Below are positions 54,762-64,000 of a DNA stretch of 64,000 nt, piece by piece (the first letter of the stretch is position 1; each line of letters starts with the position of its first letter). The notes below the pieces were generated by a model that searched no databases, was not told the origin of the DNA, and was given only the letters and a program-made list of their open reading frames with translations. The translations under genes and the position numbers were made by a program. The stretch is from Oscillospiraceae bacterium (GTDB lineage Bacteria; Bacillota; Clostridia; UBA1381; UBA9506), in the NCBI GenBank assembly GCA_015068555.1, contig SVKI01000001.1, positions 21,093 to 85,092 on the forward strand, in the 5' to 3' direction.

Positions 54762-55630
54762 AATGAATCCTCCTGATTCTGGCTTTGCTTCAGCAGCATA
54801 AGCAGCGAGGCTTTGGCGCGCTCGATGGTATAAATACGGCTGTCAATGGGGACGCCCTTTTCCCTGAGCAGGGTTATCAGCTGCGTAATCTGCGGCACAT
54901 CAAGCCCCATACTCCGCAGTTCTTCGGCATGGGAAAAAACCTCGCCGGGTTTTCCATCTAAAGCCACCTGACCGCGGTTCATAACAATGATACGGCCGGC
55001 AACGCGAGCCACATCCTCCATGGAGTGTGAAACGAAAATAACCGTCATTTTACGGGCTAAATAAAGGGCTCTGATTTGTGTTAGAATTTCCTCGCGACCC
55101 GCGGGGTCAAGGCCGGCGGCCGGTTCATCCAAAATTAAAACGTCAGGACGCATAGCCAAAACGCCGGCAATGGCAACCCTTCTTTTTTGCCCGCCGGAAA
55201 GCTCAAAGGGGGAGCGGTTCATATATTTTTCTGAAAGCCCCACATAATTCATGGCTTCCTTCACACGCTCATCAATTTCTTCGGTGGAAAGATGCATGTT
55301 TTTGGGACCGTATGCGATATCTTTATACACGGTTTCTTCAAATAATTGATGCTCCGGATACTGGAAAACCAAACCCACCTTCTGGCGTAGTTTCTTAAGG
55401 TCAGCACCCTTTTGTGTAATGTCTATGTCATCGACTAAGATGCTGCCGGAGGCAGGCATAAGCAACCCGTTCAGGTGTTGAATCAAGGTTGATTTGCCGG
55501 AACCTGTATGCCCGATAATGCCGATAAACTCTCCGTCTTCAATGGTCAGATTGATATCGTTTAAGGCATGCTTTTCAAACGGGCTGCCTTGCATGTATAT
55601 ATAATGTAAATTGTTTATTTTGATAGCCAT
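54755..55630 (-). CDS. ecfA2: ECF transporter ATPase
   Basis: Walker [10 protein letters not shown], signature [12 protein letters not shown] and Walker B ILDEP. Confidence 0.9.
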   Translation of the reverse strand: MAIKINNLHYIYMQGSPFEKHALNDINLTIEDGEFIGIIGHTGSGKSTLIQHLNGLLMPASGSILVDDIDITQKGADLKKLRQKVGLVFQYPEHQLFEETVYKDIAYGPKNMHLSTEEIDERVKEAMNYVGLSEKYMNRSPFELSGGQKRRVAIAGVLAMRPDVLILDEPAAGLDPAGREEILTQIRALYLARKMTVIFVSHSMEDVARVAGRIIVMNRGQVALDGKPGEVFSHAEELRSMGLDVPQITQLITLLREKGVPIDSRIYTIERAKASLLMLLKQSQNQEDSLC

Positions 55631-55651
55631 ACTAACGCTCCGTTCCGTCAG

Positions 55652-56485
55652 TTACATAAGTTTCATAAGTTCCTGTGCACATTCTTCTACGGTTAACACA
55701 TTATGGTTAATGGGAAGGCCTGCTTTTTTAAGCAGATAACAAAGTTCAGTTACCTGTGGTACATCCAGCCCCAATCCCTTTAAAAAGCTGACCTCGGAAA
55801 AAATATTCCGGGGTACATCGTCACGCAAAACCTTTCCTTTATCCATCACGATAACGCGGTCAGCCATGACTGCCTCATCCATATAGTGCGTAATGAGAAC
55901 AACCGTCATCTTTTTCTCTGTCTTTAGCTTGATGATGGTTTCGAGCACCTCTTTCCGCCCCTTAGGGTCGAGCATGGCGGTGGGTTCATCAAACACAATG
56001 CATTTGGGGTCCATGGCAATGGCACCCGCAATGGCAACGCGTTGCTTTTGACCGCCGGACAGAAGGTGAGGAGCATGATGTCGCATTTCGTACATATCAA
56101 CGGTTTTCAGGGCTTCGTCAACACGTTTGCGGATTTCTTTTGAGGGCACGCCCAAATTTTCCGGCGCAAACGCAACATCTTCTTCTACTACTGTAGCCAC
56201 AATCTGATTATCAGGATTCTGAAAAACCATACCAACAGATTTTCGGATATCCCAATAATGGCTTTCTTGTTTTGTATCCATATTGTCAACGTAAACTGTG
56301 CCGCCGGTTGGGAGCAAAAGTCCGTTAAACTGTTTGGCGAGTGTTGACTTTCCACAACCGTTATGGCCGAGCACGGCAACAAATTCACCTGGTTGAATCA
56401 AAATGCTCACATCGTCCAGTACGAATTTGATGTCTTCATTCTCACCAGCGTTATAAGCAAAGTGTAGATTTTCTGTTTTAATCAT
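55652..56485 (-). CDS. ecfA1: ECF transporter ATPase
   Basis: Walker [10 protein letters not shown], signature [12 protein letters not shown] and Walker B VFDEP. Confidence 0.9.
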   Translation of the reverse strand: MIKTENLHFAYNAGENEDIKFVLDDVSILIQPGEFVAVLGHNGCGKSTLAKQFNGLLLPTGGTVYVDNMDTKQESHYWDIRKSVGMVFQNPDNQIVATVVEEDVAFAPENLGVPSKEIRKRVDEALKTVDMYEMRHHAPHLLSGGQKQRVAIAGAIAMDPKCIVFDEPTAMLDPKGRKEVLETIIKLKTEKKMTVVLITHYMDEAVMADRVIVMDKGKVLRDDVPRNIFSEVSFLKGLGLDVPQVTELCYLLKKAGLPINHNVLTVEECAQELMKLM

Positions 56486-56500
56486 ACGTGTCAGCTTCCT

Positions 56501-57742
56501 TTATTCTCTCACTTGTCCATTTCCATACACAATGTATTTGGTGGAGGTCAGTGCCTCAAGACCCATGGGTCCGCGGGCATGGAGTTTTTGCGTGCTGATA
56601 CCAATCTCAGCACCAAAACCAAATTCATCTCCGTCGGTAAAGCGGGTAGAGGCGTTTACATACACAGCCGCTGCATCAATACTGTCTAAAAACAGGTTAG
56701 CTGATGTATAGTCGCTGGTGATGATAGCCTCGGAATGTCCGGTTCCATGCGTATTAATATGTGCGATTGCCTCGTGTATATCCTCAACCACTTTAATGGA
56801 AAGAATATAATCATTGTATTCTGTGTAAAAATCCTCTTCCGTGGCGGTTTTTATCTCAGGAAGAATCTCTCTGGTTTTATCGCAACCACGCAATTCAACC
56901 TGCTTTTCAGCCATTGAAAGAGCAATCTGAGGTAGCACCTCTTTTGCTATTAAGCGATCGACCAAAAGTGACTCTGCCGCGTTACAAACAGAGGGTCGGC
57001 TTGTTTTCGCATTATAAAGGATGCGAACAGCCATATCCATGTCGGCTGTTTTTTCAATGTAAATATGGCAATTGCCCGTACCTGTTTCAATCACAGGAAC
57101 AGTCGCATTTTGCACAACGGATTGAATCAATCCCTTGCCGCCGCGCGGAATGAGAACATCCAGGTATTCATTCAGGCGCATGAGGTTAACCACAGTTTCC
57201 CGGGAGGTGTCCCGAACAAGCTGCAAAGAGCCATCCGGAAAACCAGCGCTATGCAAGGCTTTTGTCATAATATCAGTTAAAATAGAGTTAGAGAAAATGG
57301 CCTCACTTCCACCGCGTAAAATACAGGCGTTGGAGGTTTTCAGGCATAACACGGCCGCATCCACGGTGACATTGGGGCGTGCTTCATAAATCATACCAAT
57401 AACGCCCAGCGGCACACGCTTTTTGCCAATCACAAGGCCGTTGGGGCGCTTGGTCATGCCCAGCACTTCACCGACCACTTCAGGCAGCGCATTAACCTTT
57501 AAAACGCCTTCAGCCATAGCGGCGATGCGTTCTTTGGTGAGACGCAAACGATCGGCCATGGCGGCGGAGCCGCCTTTTTCTAAAAAGGCATCCACATCCT
57601 TTTTGTTTTCTGCCAAAATTTCGTCAGTATGGGCGGTCAATGCGTTTGCAATGGCCACAAGACCGGCACTTTTGGTGGCGGCATCTAAATTCATCAAAGT
57701 AAGACTTGCCTCTTTGGCTCGTCTTCCCATTTCTCGCAGCAT
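56501..57742 (-). CDS. proA: Glutamate-5-semialdehyde dehydrogenase
   Basis: Aldehyde dehydrogenase fold with VCNAAESLLV and NASTRFTDG. Confidence 0.9.
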   Translation of the reverse strand: MLREMGRRAKEASLTLMNLDAATKSAGLVAIANALTAHTDEILAENKKDVDAFLEKGGSAAMADRLRLTKERIAAMAEGVLKVNALPEVVGEVLGMTKRPNGLVIGKKRVPLGVIGMIYEARPNVTVDAAVLCLKTSNACILRGGSEAIFSNSILTDIMTKALHSAGFPDGSLQLVRDTSRETVVNLMRLNEYLDVLIPRGGKGLIQSVVQNATVPVIETGTGNCHIYIEKTADMDMAVRILYNAKTSRPSVCNAAESLLVDRLIAKEVLPQIALSMAEKQVELRGCDKTREILPEIKTATEEDFYTEYNDYILSIKVVEDIHEAIAHINTHGTGHSEAIITSDYTSANLFLDSIDAAAVYVNASTRFTDGDEFGFGAEIGISTQKLHARGPMGLEALTSTKYIVYGNGQVRE

Positions 57743-57744
57743 GT

Positions 57745-58554
57745 TTACACCTCTTGTCTTTTTCCGTTAAATAAGGTACCGACGCGCTTACCGTCTAACA
57801 CATCATAAATCACAGCTGGCCTCTGACCGTTTGTGATAATCATAGGAATGCCATTTTCCATTACGCGTTGTGCGGCAATGAGTTTGGTGCTCATGCCACC
57901 GGTGCCGCGTGATGAGCCGGCACCACCGGCAATGCGGAACAGGTCATCGGTGATTTCGTCAATTTCATCAATCAGCTTAGCATCTTCTGATTTGTGCGGG
58001 TCTGCGCTGTATAAGCCATCAATGTCAGAAAGGATAATCAATAGGTCAGCCTGAACCAGACAGGCTACCATGGCAGATAAAGTGTCATTATCGCCGAATT
58101 CAATTTCTTCTGTGGAGATGGCGTCGTTTTCGTTAACAATCGGAATAACGCCCCATTCCAGCAAGGTGTTAAAGGTGGTGATGGCATTATTTTTTCGTTT
58201 TTCATCTTCTATAACATTTTTTGTCAGCAAAATCTGCGCTACATCACAACCGTATTCGCCAAATAACTTGCCGTAAATACTCATTAATTCACTTTGGCCG
58301 ACGGCAGAGGCAGCCTGTTTTTCACGTGTTGTTTTCGGACGCTCGGCAAGGCCTAATTTGCTCATGCCGACACCTACGGCACCGCTTGTGACCAGGATGA
58401 TTTCACGGCCTTCGTGGCTTAAATCTGCCAGCGCGCGCGAAAGCTGTTCGATACGGCGCAGGTTAATGCGACCGGTGCTATAGGTGAGGGTAGAGGTACC
58501 CACCTTAACCACAATGCGCTTAGCATGTTTAATTTTAGAAATTGCACTTTGCAT
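57745..58554 (-). CDS. proB: Glutamate 5-kinase (short form without PUA domain)
   Basis: RIVVKVGTSTLT, ILVTSGAVGVG and FGDNDTLSA. Confidence 0.9.
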   Translation of the reverse strand: MQSAISKIKHAKRIVVKVGTSTLTYSTGRINLRRIEQLSRALADLSHEGREIILVTSGAVGVGMSKLGLAERPKTTREKQAASAVGQSELMSIYGKLFGEYGCDVAQILLTKNVIEDEKRKNNAITTFNTLLEWGVIPIVNENDAISTEEIEFGDNDTLSAMVACLVQADLLIILSDIDGLYSADPHKSEDAKLIDEIDEITDDLFRIAGGAGSSRGTGGMSTKLIAAQRVMENGIPMIITNGQRPAVIYDVLDGKRVGTLFNGKRQEV

Positions 58555-58556
58555 GA

Positions 58557-59081
58557 TTATTCACCTACAATTTCGGTAATAGTTTCAAGAACCGGGGTTG
58601 TTTGAATGCGAGTTGTTTTAATGGTTAGACTGGAATCATACACAAGCTGCACATTATCTGCCGTGAAGTATCCGCCTTCTAATCGGCTGCCCGGTACATG
58701 AACGGTTAAAATAACATCCTTTTTTTCCGGAATCTCAGCTTCGTGGGGCTGACCGGACAGGTCATAAATCAGCTTGGTTGCAGGTTCTGTTGCAACGGCC
58801 GTAATCGTGCCTAAAAATTTGCCTGTATCATTAGCGAACACTTCATCTCCTACCTGCAGTGCATCCACCGTTATATCCCGTACATCTTTAACGCGCATCT
58901 GAACTTCTAAAGTGTTTAAGGCGCTATTTTGTAAAAGTGCCTTATTTTCAGTTAAAACAATTTTGTTGCTGAGTTTTTGGTAGGTTGAAAAGGCACCCAA
59001 AACGGCAACAATTAAAACGAGTACGATAAGCAGGTCGACAATGCTGACTTTGCCAAATAGTTTTCCTCTTTTATCTAACAT
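58557..59081 (-). CDS. DUF4330-like membrane-anchored protein
   Basis: N-terminus KGKLFGKVSIVDLLIVLVLIVAVLG; paralogous to the upstream gene. Confidence 0.5.
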   Translation of the reverse strand: MLDKRGKLFGKVSIVDLLIVLVLIVAVLGAFSTYQKLSNKIVLTENKALLQNSALNTLEVQMRVKDVRDITVDALQVGDEVFANDTGKFLGTITAVATEPATKLIYDLSGQPHEAEIPEKKDVILTVHVPGSRLEGGYFTADNVQLVYDSSLTIKTTRIQTTPVLETITEIVGE

Positions 59082-59584
59082 TATCTCATCTCCTTCAACA
59101 AGTCTGCATCATAATCCATTCCAACGATGTAGCCGTGAATCGCGGCGCTTTCGGAGCGAATAGCCATGGATTTACCGATTTTAATGGCTTCTTTACCCAC
59201 CATCAGGTCGGGGTATGAGACGCTTGCATTGGCCTTAATATTCACATAACCGTCCAGCTTGTCTTCGATATTGACAGAAATCAGCGTATCGTCAGCCTGT
59301 GCGACACTGACAGCCGGCTGGGTGGTAACAGAAACTATTTCGCCTAAAGCTTCTTTGGTAACGCCGTCGATCACCTTTTCGCCTTCAATGAGATGTGCAA
59401 AATAGCCGGCGTCCTTGTTTTTAACTTCCACGGTGTAGGTAAGAGGTATACTGTTTCCGTCTTTTGCGCTACCGACTTTTGAGAGGATAACGGCTGCTGC
59501 AATCACGCACACAACGAGGAGCACAATCAAGCAGTCTAACAGGTTGATTTTTCCAAACAGTTTTCCTTTTTCATCAACAATCAT
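59081..59584 (-). CDS. DUF4330-like membrane-anchored protein (paralog)
   Basis: N-terminus KGKLFGKINLLDCLIVLLVVCVIAAAV, the same architecture as 58557-59081. Confidence 0.5.
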   Translation of the reverse strand: MIVDEKGKLFGKINLLDCLIVLLVVCVIAAAVILSKVGSAKDGNSIPLTYTVEVKNKDAGYFAHLIEGEKVIDGVTKEALGEIVSVTTQPAVSVAQADDTLISVNIEDKLDGYVNIKANASVSYPDLMVGKEAIKIGKSMAIRSESAAIHGYIVGMDYDADLLKEMR

Positions 59585-60684
59585 TTCTGAGAGACCTCCT
59601 TATAAAGAGTTTCAAGGTTTGATACCATTTTTTGTACGGTATAGGATGTATAAAACTTTTCGCCTGCGGCGCTGCCGTAGCGCTGACGAAGCAGTGGATC
59701 AAGGAGCAGTTGCTTCATCGCGAGCGCTAAAGAGGCACTGTCGGCATAGCCAACCAGCAGGCCGTTCACACCGTTTTGAATCAGTTCGCTGTTGCCGGGG
59801 TTACGGGTTGCAACAGACGCTTTTGAAAGGCTCATAGCCTCCAGGACAGAAAGACTCATGGCCTCTGATTCTGAGGCGTTTACATTAACATCTGCTATGT
59901 TAAGCAGTTCAGCGGTGTTGGTTACAAAACCGGTAAAAATAACATGGTTTTGCAGGTTATAGCGAACGACGCGCTCTTTGAGTTCGTTTTCCAGGCTACC
60001 GCTTCCCACAATCAAGAACCTGGTGTTGGGATAGGATTTTACAACCTCCCGCGCGGCTTTGATAAAATATTTGTGCCCTTTAATGGGCTCTAACCGACCA
60101 AAAATACCAAACACCGTTTCGTCAGAACCAATGCCATAGGATTCTCTGATTTTGCTGATTTCTTCAGTCGAAAACACCTGAACCGGTTCAACACCGTTAT
60201 TGACGGTTTTGATTTTTTGAGGCTTAATACCACAATCCAGCAAATTGGTTACAACGGCTTGGGAAACCGCAATATAATAATCACATAAATAATTGTTTAA
60301 AACGCTGTATGCAAGAGCCTTGAGTCCATGGGGCAGGGGCTCGATGCAATGCCGCGTGGCAATGATGACCGGAACTTTAGCCTGTCTGCCCGCAATGCGA
60401 GCTGATAGGCAGGCATGCGTATGTAAAATGTCCGGTTTGAGCTGTGCAAACAGTGTGCGCAGATATTTGACGCAATGCTTGTTATAGGAACAGTCGGCCA
60501 TGAAGGGCGCTTCGTAAAATGTGACATCGTGAAATTCCTTCATGTAGTCCATCAGTTGACTGCTTTGCGGTAACACAACAGAAACCTTGAAGCTTGTGCG
60601 ATCAAAGTATTTTAAATAATTGATTAGATATTTACCGGCACCGCCGATGTTGGTATCGGTTAACACCTGAACGACATGCTTCAT
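59581..60684 (-). CDS. Glycosyltransferase family 4 (GT-B)
   Basis: N-terminus VLTDTNIGGAGKY. The C-terminal region contains the EX7E-like motif (ESEAMSLSVLEAMS). Confidence 0.8.
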   Translation of the reverse strand: MKHVVQVLTDTNIGGAGKYLINYLKYFDRTSFKVSVVLPQSSQLMDYMKEFHDVTFYEAPFMADCSYNKHCVKYLRTLFAQLKPDILHTHACLSARIAGRQAKVPVIIATRHCIEPLPHGLKALAYSVLNNYLCDYYIAVSQAVVTNLLDCGIKPQKIKTVNNGVEPVQVFSTEEISKIRESYGIGSDETVFGIFGRLEPIKGHKYFIKAAREVVKSYPNTRFLIVGSGSLENELKERVVRYNLQNHVIFTGFVTNTAELLNIADVNVNASESEAMSLSVLEAMSLSKASVATRNPGNSELIQNGVNGLLVGYADSASLALAMKQLLLDPLLRQRYGSAAGEKFYTSYTVQKMVSNLETLYKEVSQK

Positions 60685-62576
60685 TTTCCGTCACCTCCGT
60701 TATAGTCTGATGCCGAAACGGAACCCGCCAAGGCAAGCATAATCCAGAAAATCAGCACCATTTTATAATTATACCATACATTATCCGTCAAGCCCTGGAA
60801 CAAAAATCCCAAAACGCCGGCGGTCATAGCCATCGATAAAGCATTATCTAATCCATTGCGGGAACGGTAGATAGTGCCGGAAAAGTTTTGCTTCACAAAC
60901 ATTAGAACTAAAATGAGGAAGGAAGTAATTCCGGCAATACCTGTTTCCGCCCAAAGTTGCAGGAACAGGTTGTGGGCATGCAGGGCATAGTTGGCACCTG
61001 CAAGGGCATATTTGGGGTAAATGCTTGCAAAGGCGTCAGAGCCAAGGCCAATGCCGCTTAACCAAAAATCATGAATCATGTTAATCGAAGCACGCCAGAT
61101 GGAAACCCGGTAGGCCGTGGATGTATCGGCCGTGTTACCGATGCTCAGCAACCGGTTCACAATAGCTGAGTCAGAACCGAGGAACATGGGCAGCATACAT
61201 AGGCCGACAAGTCCCAAAAGCCAAAAGTGCTTATCCATAATCACGCAGTAAAGTATGAGAGCCAACGCCATACCGAGCCACGCACCGCGTGACCAGGTGA
61301 AGATAAGGCAAACGCCCAGCATTGCCAAAAGACCTGAATAGGTAAGCTTTTGACCGTCCGTGCGGGACTTCCACACAAAGGCAAAGGCAACCGGAATTAG
61401 CAGCACCAAAAATTCACCCAGAACATTGGGGTTATCAAAGGTTGAGTAAACGCGCACCTTTATATTTTTAAACATGTCACTGTCTACCCAGGATTGGGTA
61501 GAGGAAACGCCGGCGAAATTCTGATAAATGCCATAGAGTGCCACTAAAGCCGCTACCATAACAAACGAAACAACAGCAGCACGCCATTTTTTTGGTGTGT
61601 CAAGGGTTTGAAACGCCACAAAGTAAAATAACATAAAGGCATAATATATTAACAGAATCTGCATGCTTTTAATAAAGGTAAAAGAATTAACAGCGCCAAG
61701 CGCCAGTGTTAGCGCAAACACGGCGATATATCCGGCAAGCGGCACCTTACGAAGTGGCATTTTAGGGTTGGCAAGCAGGCGAAGCAAAAAGGAAGCAACG
61801 GTTAAAAGAGATAAGCCTACAAGTACCATGGTCGGCAGAACGGGCGCAGTGATTAAAACCGTGAACACACAAAACGTCGTGCTTTTTAAAGCAAAGGCCA
61901 GGAAAATGATGCCGCCAAACAGTAAGATTGCCATAACGGGTGACATAAAAGAAGCGGCGAGTGCTGATAAGAGTCCAATCAGCAAAGCAATGACAGGGCG
62001 AGACAAGGAAATCTCCGGATCCTTTAAGAACAGCTTGCTGTCAACATCCTTACGAATGGTACAGAACAGACCACCGAAACTTGTTAACAACGTGCTTCCT
62101 TTAAACAGAGACTTTAAACTACGATTAACGATAATAGCCAAAAGTGCCACCACAATCATAAGACCAACACAGATTCTCTCAGTTGTCGTCGGTTCTGCCC
62201 AAAGGGTGCGAAAAATGCCATAAAACAGTGAGAAAAATAAAAGAATAAGTCCATACGCTCTGATGCTGATGGTATGCCAGGCAGATAATAACCAGTATAT
62301 ACTGCTTGTCTCCGTCATTGGTGTAATACTGTGGAGAGCTTCACCTAAACGTCGTATCAGCTTTACAGGTAGCGCGAGCAATTGGCCAAAAATACTTTCT
62401 GAAAAAACATGGCCCTCACCATGTGTATCAAAAAAACGACCCAAAAGACTACCGGCAAATACCTTTGCACAAAAGGTGGCTACGCGGTTAAAACCACGGC
62501 CAAACAAGCTGGCGCCAAACCAGTCAGCCAGGCTATGAAATATGCGTGCAAAAAAATGAAAAATAGAACTTTGCAT
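60681..62576 (-). CDS. O-antigen ligase/polymerase-like (Wzy_C) polytopic membrane protein
   Basis: More than 10 TM helices with a SRGAWLGMALALILY loop region. Confidence 0.7.
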   Translation of the reverse strand: MQSSIFHFFARIFHSLADWFGASLFGRGFNRVATFCAKVFAGSLLGRFFDTHGEGHVFSESIFGQLLALPVKLIRRLGEALHSITPMTETSSIYWLLSAWHTISIRAYGLILLFFSLFYGIFRTLWAEPTTTERICVGLMIVVALLAIIVNRSLKSLFKGSTLLTSFGGLFCTIRKDVDSKLFLKDPEISLSRPVIALLIGLLSALAASFMSPVMAILLFGGIIFLAFALKSTTFCVFTVLITAPVLPTMVLVGLSLLTVASFLLRLLANPKMPLRKVPLAGYIAVFALTLALGAVNSFTFIKSMQILLIYYAFMLFYFVAFQTLDTPKKWRAAVVSFVMVAALVALYGIYQNFAGVSSTQSWVDSDMFKNIKVRVYSTFDNPNVLGEFLVLLIPVAFAFVWKSRTDGQKLTYSGLLAMLGVCLIFTWSRGAWLGMALALILYCVIMDKHFWLLGLVGLCMLPMFLGSDSAIVNRLLSIGNTADTSTAYRVSIWRASINMIHDFWLSGIGLGSDAFASIYPKYALAGANYALHAHNLFLQLWAETGIAGITSFLILVLMFVKQNFSGTIYRSRNGLDNALSMAMTAGVLGFLFQGLTDNVWYNYKMVLIFWIMLALAGSVSASDYNGGDGK

Positions 62577-64000
62577 CAGTTCACCTTCTTTGTTTTTTGT
62601 TGTAACAATCCCATCACATCTTTTGCCTCATCTGTACGGAACAGGAAAATAAGAAAAAGGTAGACGGCCACGCCGACACATCCGGGTAGAACCACCGCCC
62701 ATAGGCGGCCGAGCAGACCGTTTGAAAATGTGCAGAGGCCCATGCTATAATATGTGATAACGCCCATGATAAGGGCGGAGGCAATCAATTTTAAAACATT
62801 GCATGCGTCGTGCAGGTGAAACAGGGAGAGTCTTTTGTTTAACACCAAAAGCAGAGCCACGGCAATTAAATTTGCGGCGATTGAGGCGGCTAAGGCTAAT
62901 CCCCAAAGCCCTACACACAGACCTCGCACAAATACAAAGCTTAAAACGATGTTGACAGAAATACCAGCCATAGCAATGTACATAGGGGTTTTGCCGTCTT
63001 TTAAGGCATAAAAGGCCTTGTTGGCTATTTCACTAACGCCGAAGCCTGCCATGCCCAGGGAATAAAACAAGAGGGCAGAGGCCGTGAGAGCGGTGCTTTC
63101 TGCATTAAATTCACCACGCTCATACACAAAGCGAACGATGGGCGTGCGAAGTAGTAAAAACAGAGTCATAACCGGAAGGATAATTGCAAACACGACCTTA
63201 ACAGCCTTGGCAACTACAGCAGCAAGTTCTGCGCGGTTATTACCGGCGGCAAAGCGAGAGATGGAAGGAAAAATCAGATTTGAGACCGCATAGGTTAAAA
63301 CACCGACAAAAATGATGTATAATTTATTGGCATAGTCCAGGGCCGCCACTGCCTGTCCTTCATTCAAAAATGACCCCAGATAAATGTTAACGGTGGAATT
63401 GATAGGCTGTACCCAGGAACTGATTAAAATAGGCAGTGCCAGACGAACTGTTTTTTTGATGCCGCTGCTTTTCAAATCGAGCATCAGGGCATAGCGAAAT
63501 CCTTTTTTGTGTAGGGAAGGGAGCTGTACCAAAATCTGAAAGCCCCAGGCAATCAGCATGGCAAAAGCCACACCGTGAATTCCAAACGCATCGCCGGCCA
63601 CAAGCAAGTACACAACCATGATGCCATTAGAGACTAAACTGATGGCGGCAGGAATATTAAATTCCCCATGCGATTGCAGGATGCCTGTTAAGGCGTAGGC
63701 GAGAGCCGTAAAAATCATCGTAGGAAATAAGATGACAACGAGCTGCGCGGCCAGCTCCTTTTCTCCGTCACCTAAGCCGTTGCCGATAATAGAGGCTAAA
63801 GGGCGGGAAAAGAGAATACCTAAAGCGCACATAGCACCGGTGATCAACAAAATTAAATTTATAAAGCTGTTGGCATAGCGGTGAGCATCGGTTAACTGAT
63901 TGTTTTCCAGATATTCGTTATACACAGGAATAAAGGAAGAAGAAACCGCTGCGCCCAATGTGATATCAAAAAATAAAAGCGGAATTCTGCTGGCTGTTAA
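62576..64000 (-). CDS. murJ: Lipid II flippase MurJ (MviN family); N-terminus lies beyond the window edge
   Basis: A polytopic MOP-superfamily pattern (FIPVYNEYL..., PSISRFAAG...). The reading frame stays open to the window edge, so the track Met at 63958 is internal. Confidence 0.8.
   Translation of the reverse strand, partial: LTASRIPLLFFDITLGAAVSSSFIPVYNEYLENNQLTDAHRYANSFINLILLITGAMCALGILFSRPLASIIGNGLGDGEKELAAQLVVILFPTMIFTALAYALTGILQSHGEFNIPAAISLVSNGIMVVYLLVAGDAFGIHGVAFAMLIAWGFQILVQLPSLHKKGFRYALMLDLKSSGIKKTVRLALPILISSWVQPINSTVNIYLGSFLNEGQAVAALDYANKLYIIFVGVLTYAVSNLIFPSISRFAAGNNRAELAAVVAKAVKVVFAIILPVMTLFLLLRTPIVRFVYERGEFNAESTALTASALLFYSLGMAGFGVSEIANKAFYALKDGKTPMYIAMAGISVNIVLSFVFVRGLCVGLWGLALAASIAANLIAVALLLVLNKRLSLFHLHDACNVLKLIASALIMGVITYYSMGLCTFSNGLLGRLWAVVLPGCVGVAVYLFLIFLFRTDEAKDVMGLLQQKTKKVN

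Overview
This window looks like chromosomal DNA from a Clostridia-class Firmicute. Supporting markers are an ispH-rpsA fusion, the mrnC-cysS-cysE arrangement, an ecfA1-ecfA2-ecfT-truA block, split transketolase and SLH-anchored surface proteins. It falls into three parts. (1) 1-22.3 kb is an accessory glycan-processing locus. It holds a cytoplasmic GH95-like hydrolase and a divergently transcribed hybrid regulator (Asp-box propeller fused to an AraC DNA-binding domain). It also holds a secreted beta-helix protein, two very large secreted SLH/discoidin-like surface proteins (one with an 888-bp in-frame tandem duplication), two colinear 520-aa paralogs flanking a cytoplasmic Asp-box propeller, and a sugar-phosphate isomerase-like gene. 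No transporter is visible. (2) 22.3-30.7 kb starts with a hairpin-rich element bounded by inverted repeats, then a TPP riboswitch controlling thiT. After that comes a compact ~7.2 kb phage-derived module with terminase large subunit, portal, scaffold, major capsid and a complete lysis cassette. The module has no integrase, head-tail connector or tail genes, and a short gene stub marks a likely internal deletion. (3) 30.7-64 kb is mostly minus-strand housekeeping: tkt, cysES, galK, rluB, dac, proC, pgm, ispH-rpsA, plsC, cmk, cvpA, truA, ECF module, proAB, and an envelope cluster ending in murJ. Embedded in it are a 115-aa extremely Cys-rich, Ala-rich orphan protein, an internal galT pseudogene fragment, a shared intergenic hairpin module and a promoter/terminator-bounded candidate small RNA. 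All calls come from reading motifs and translations by eye. No database search or folding computation was run.
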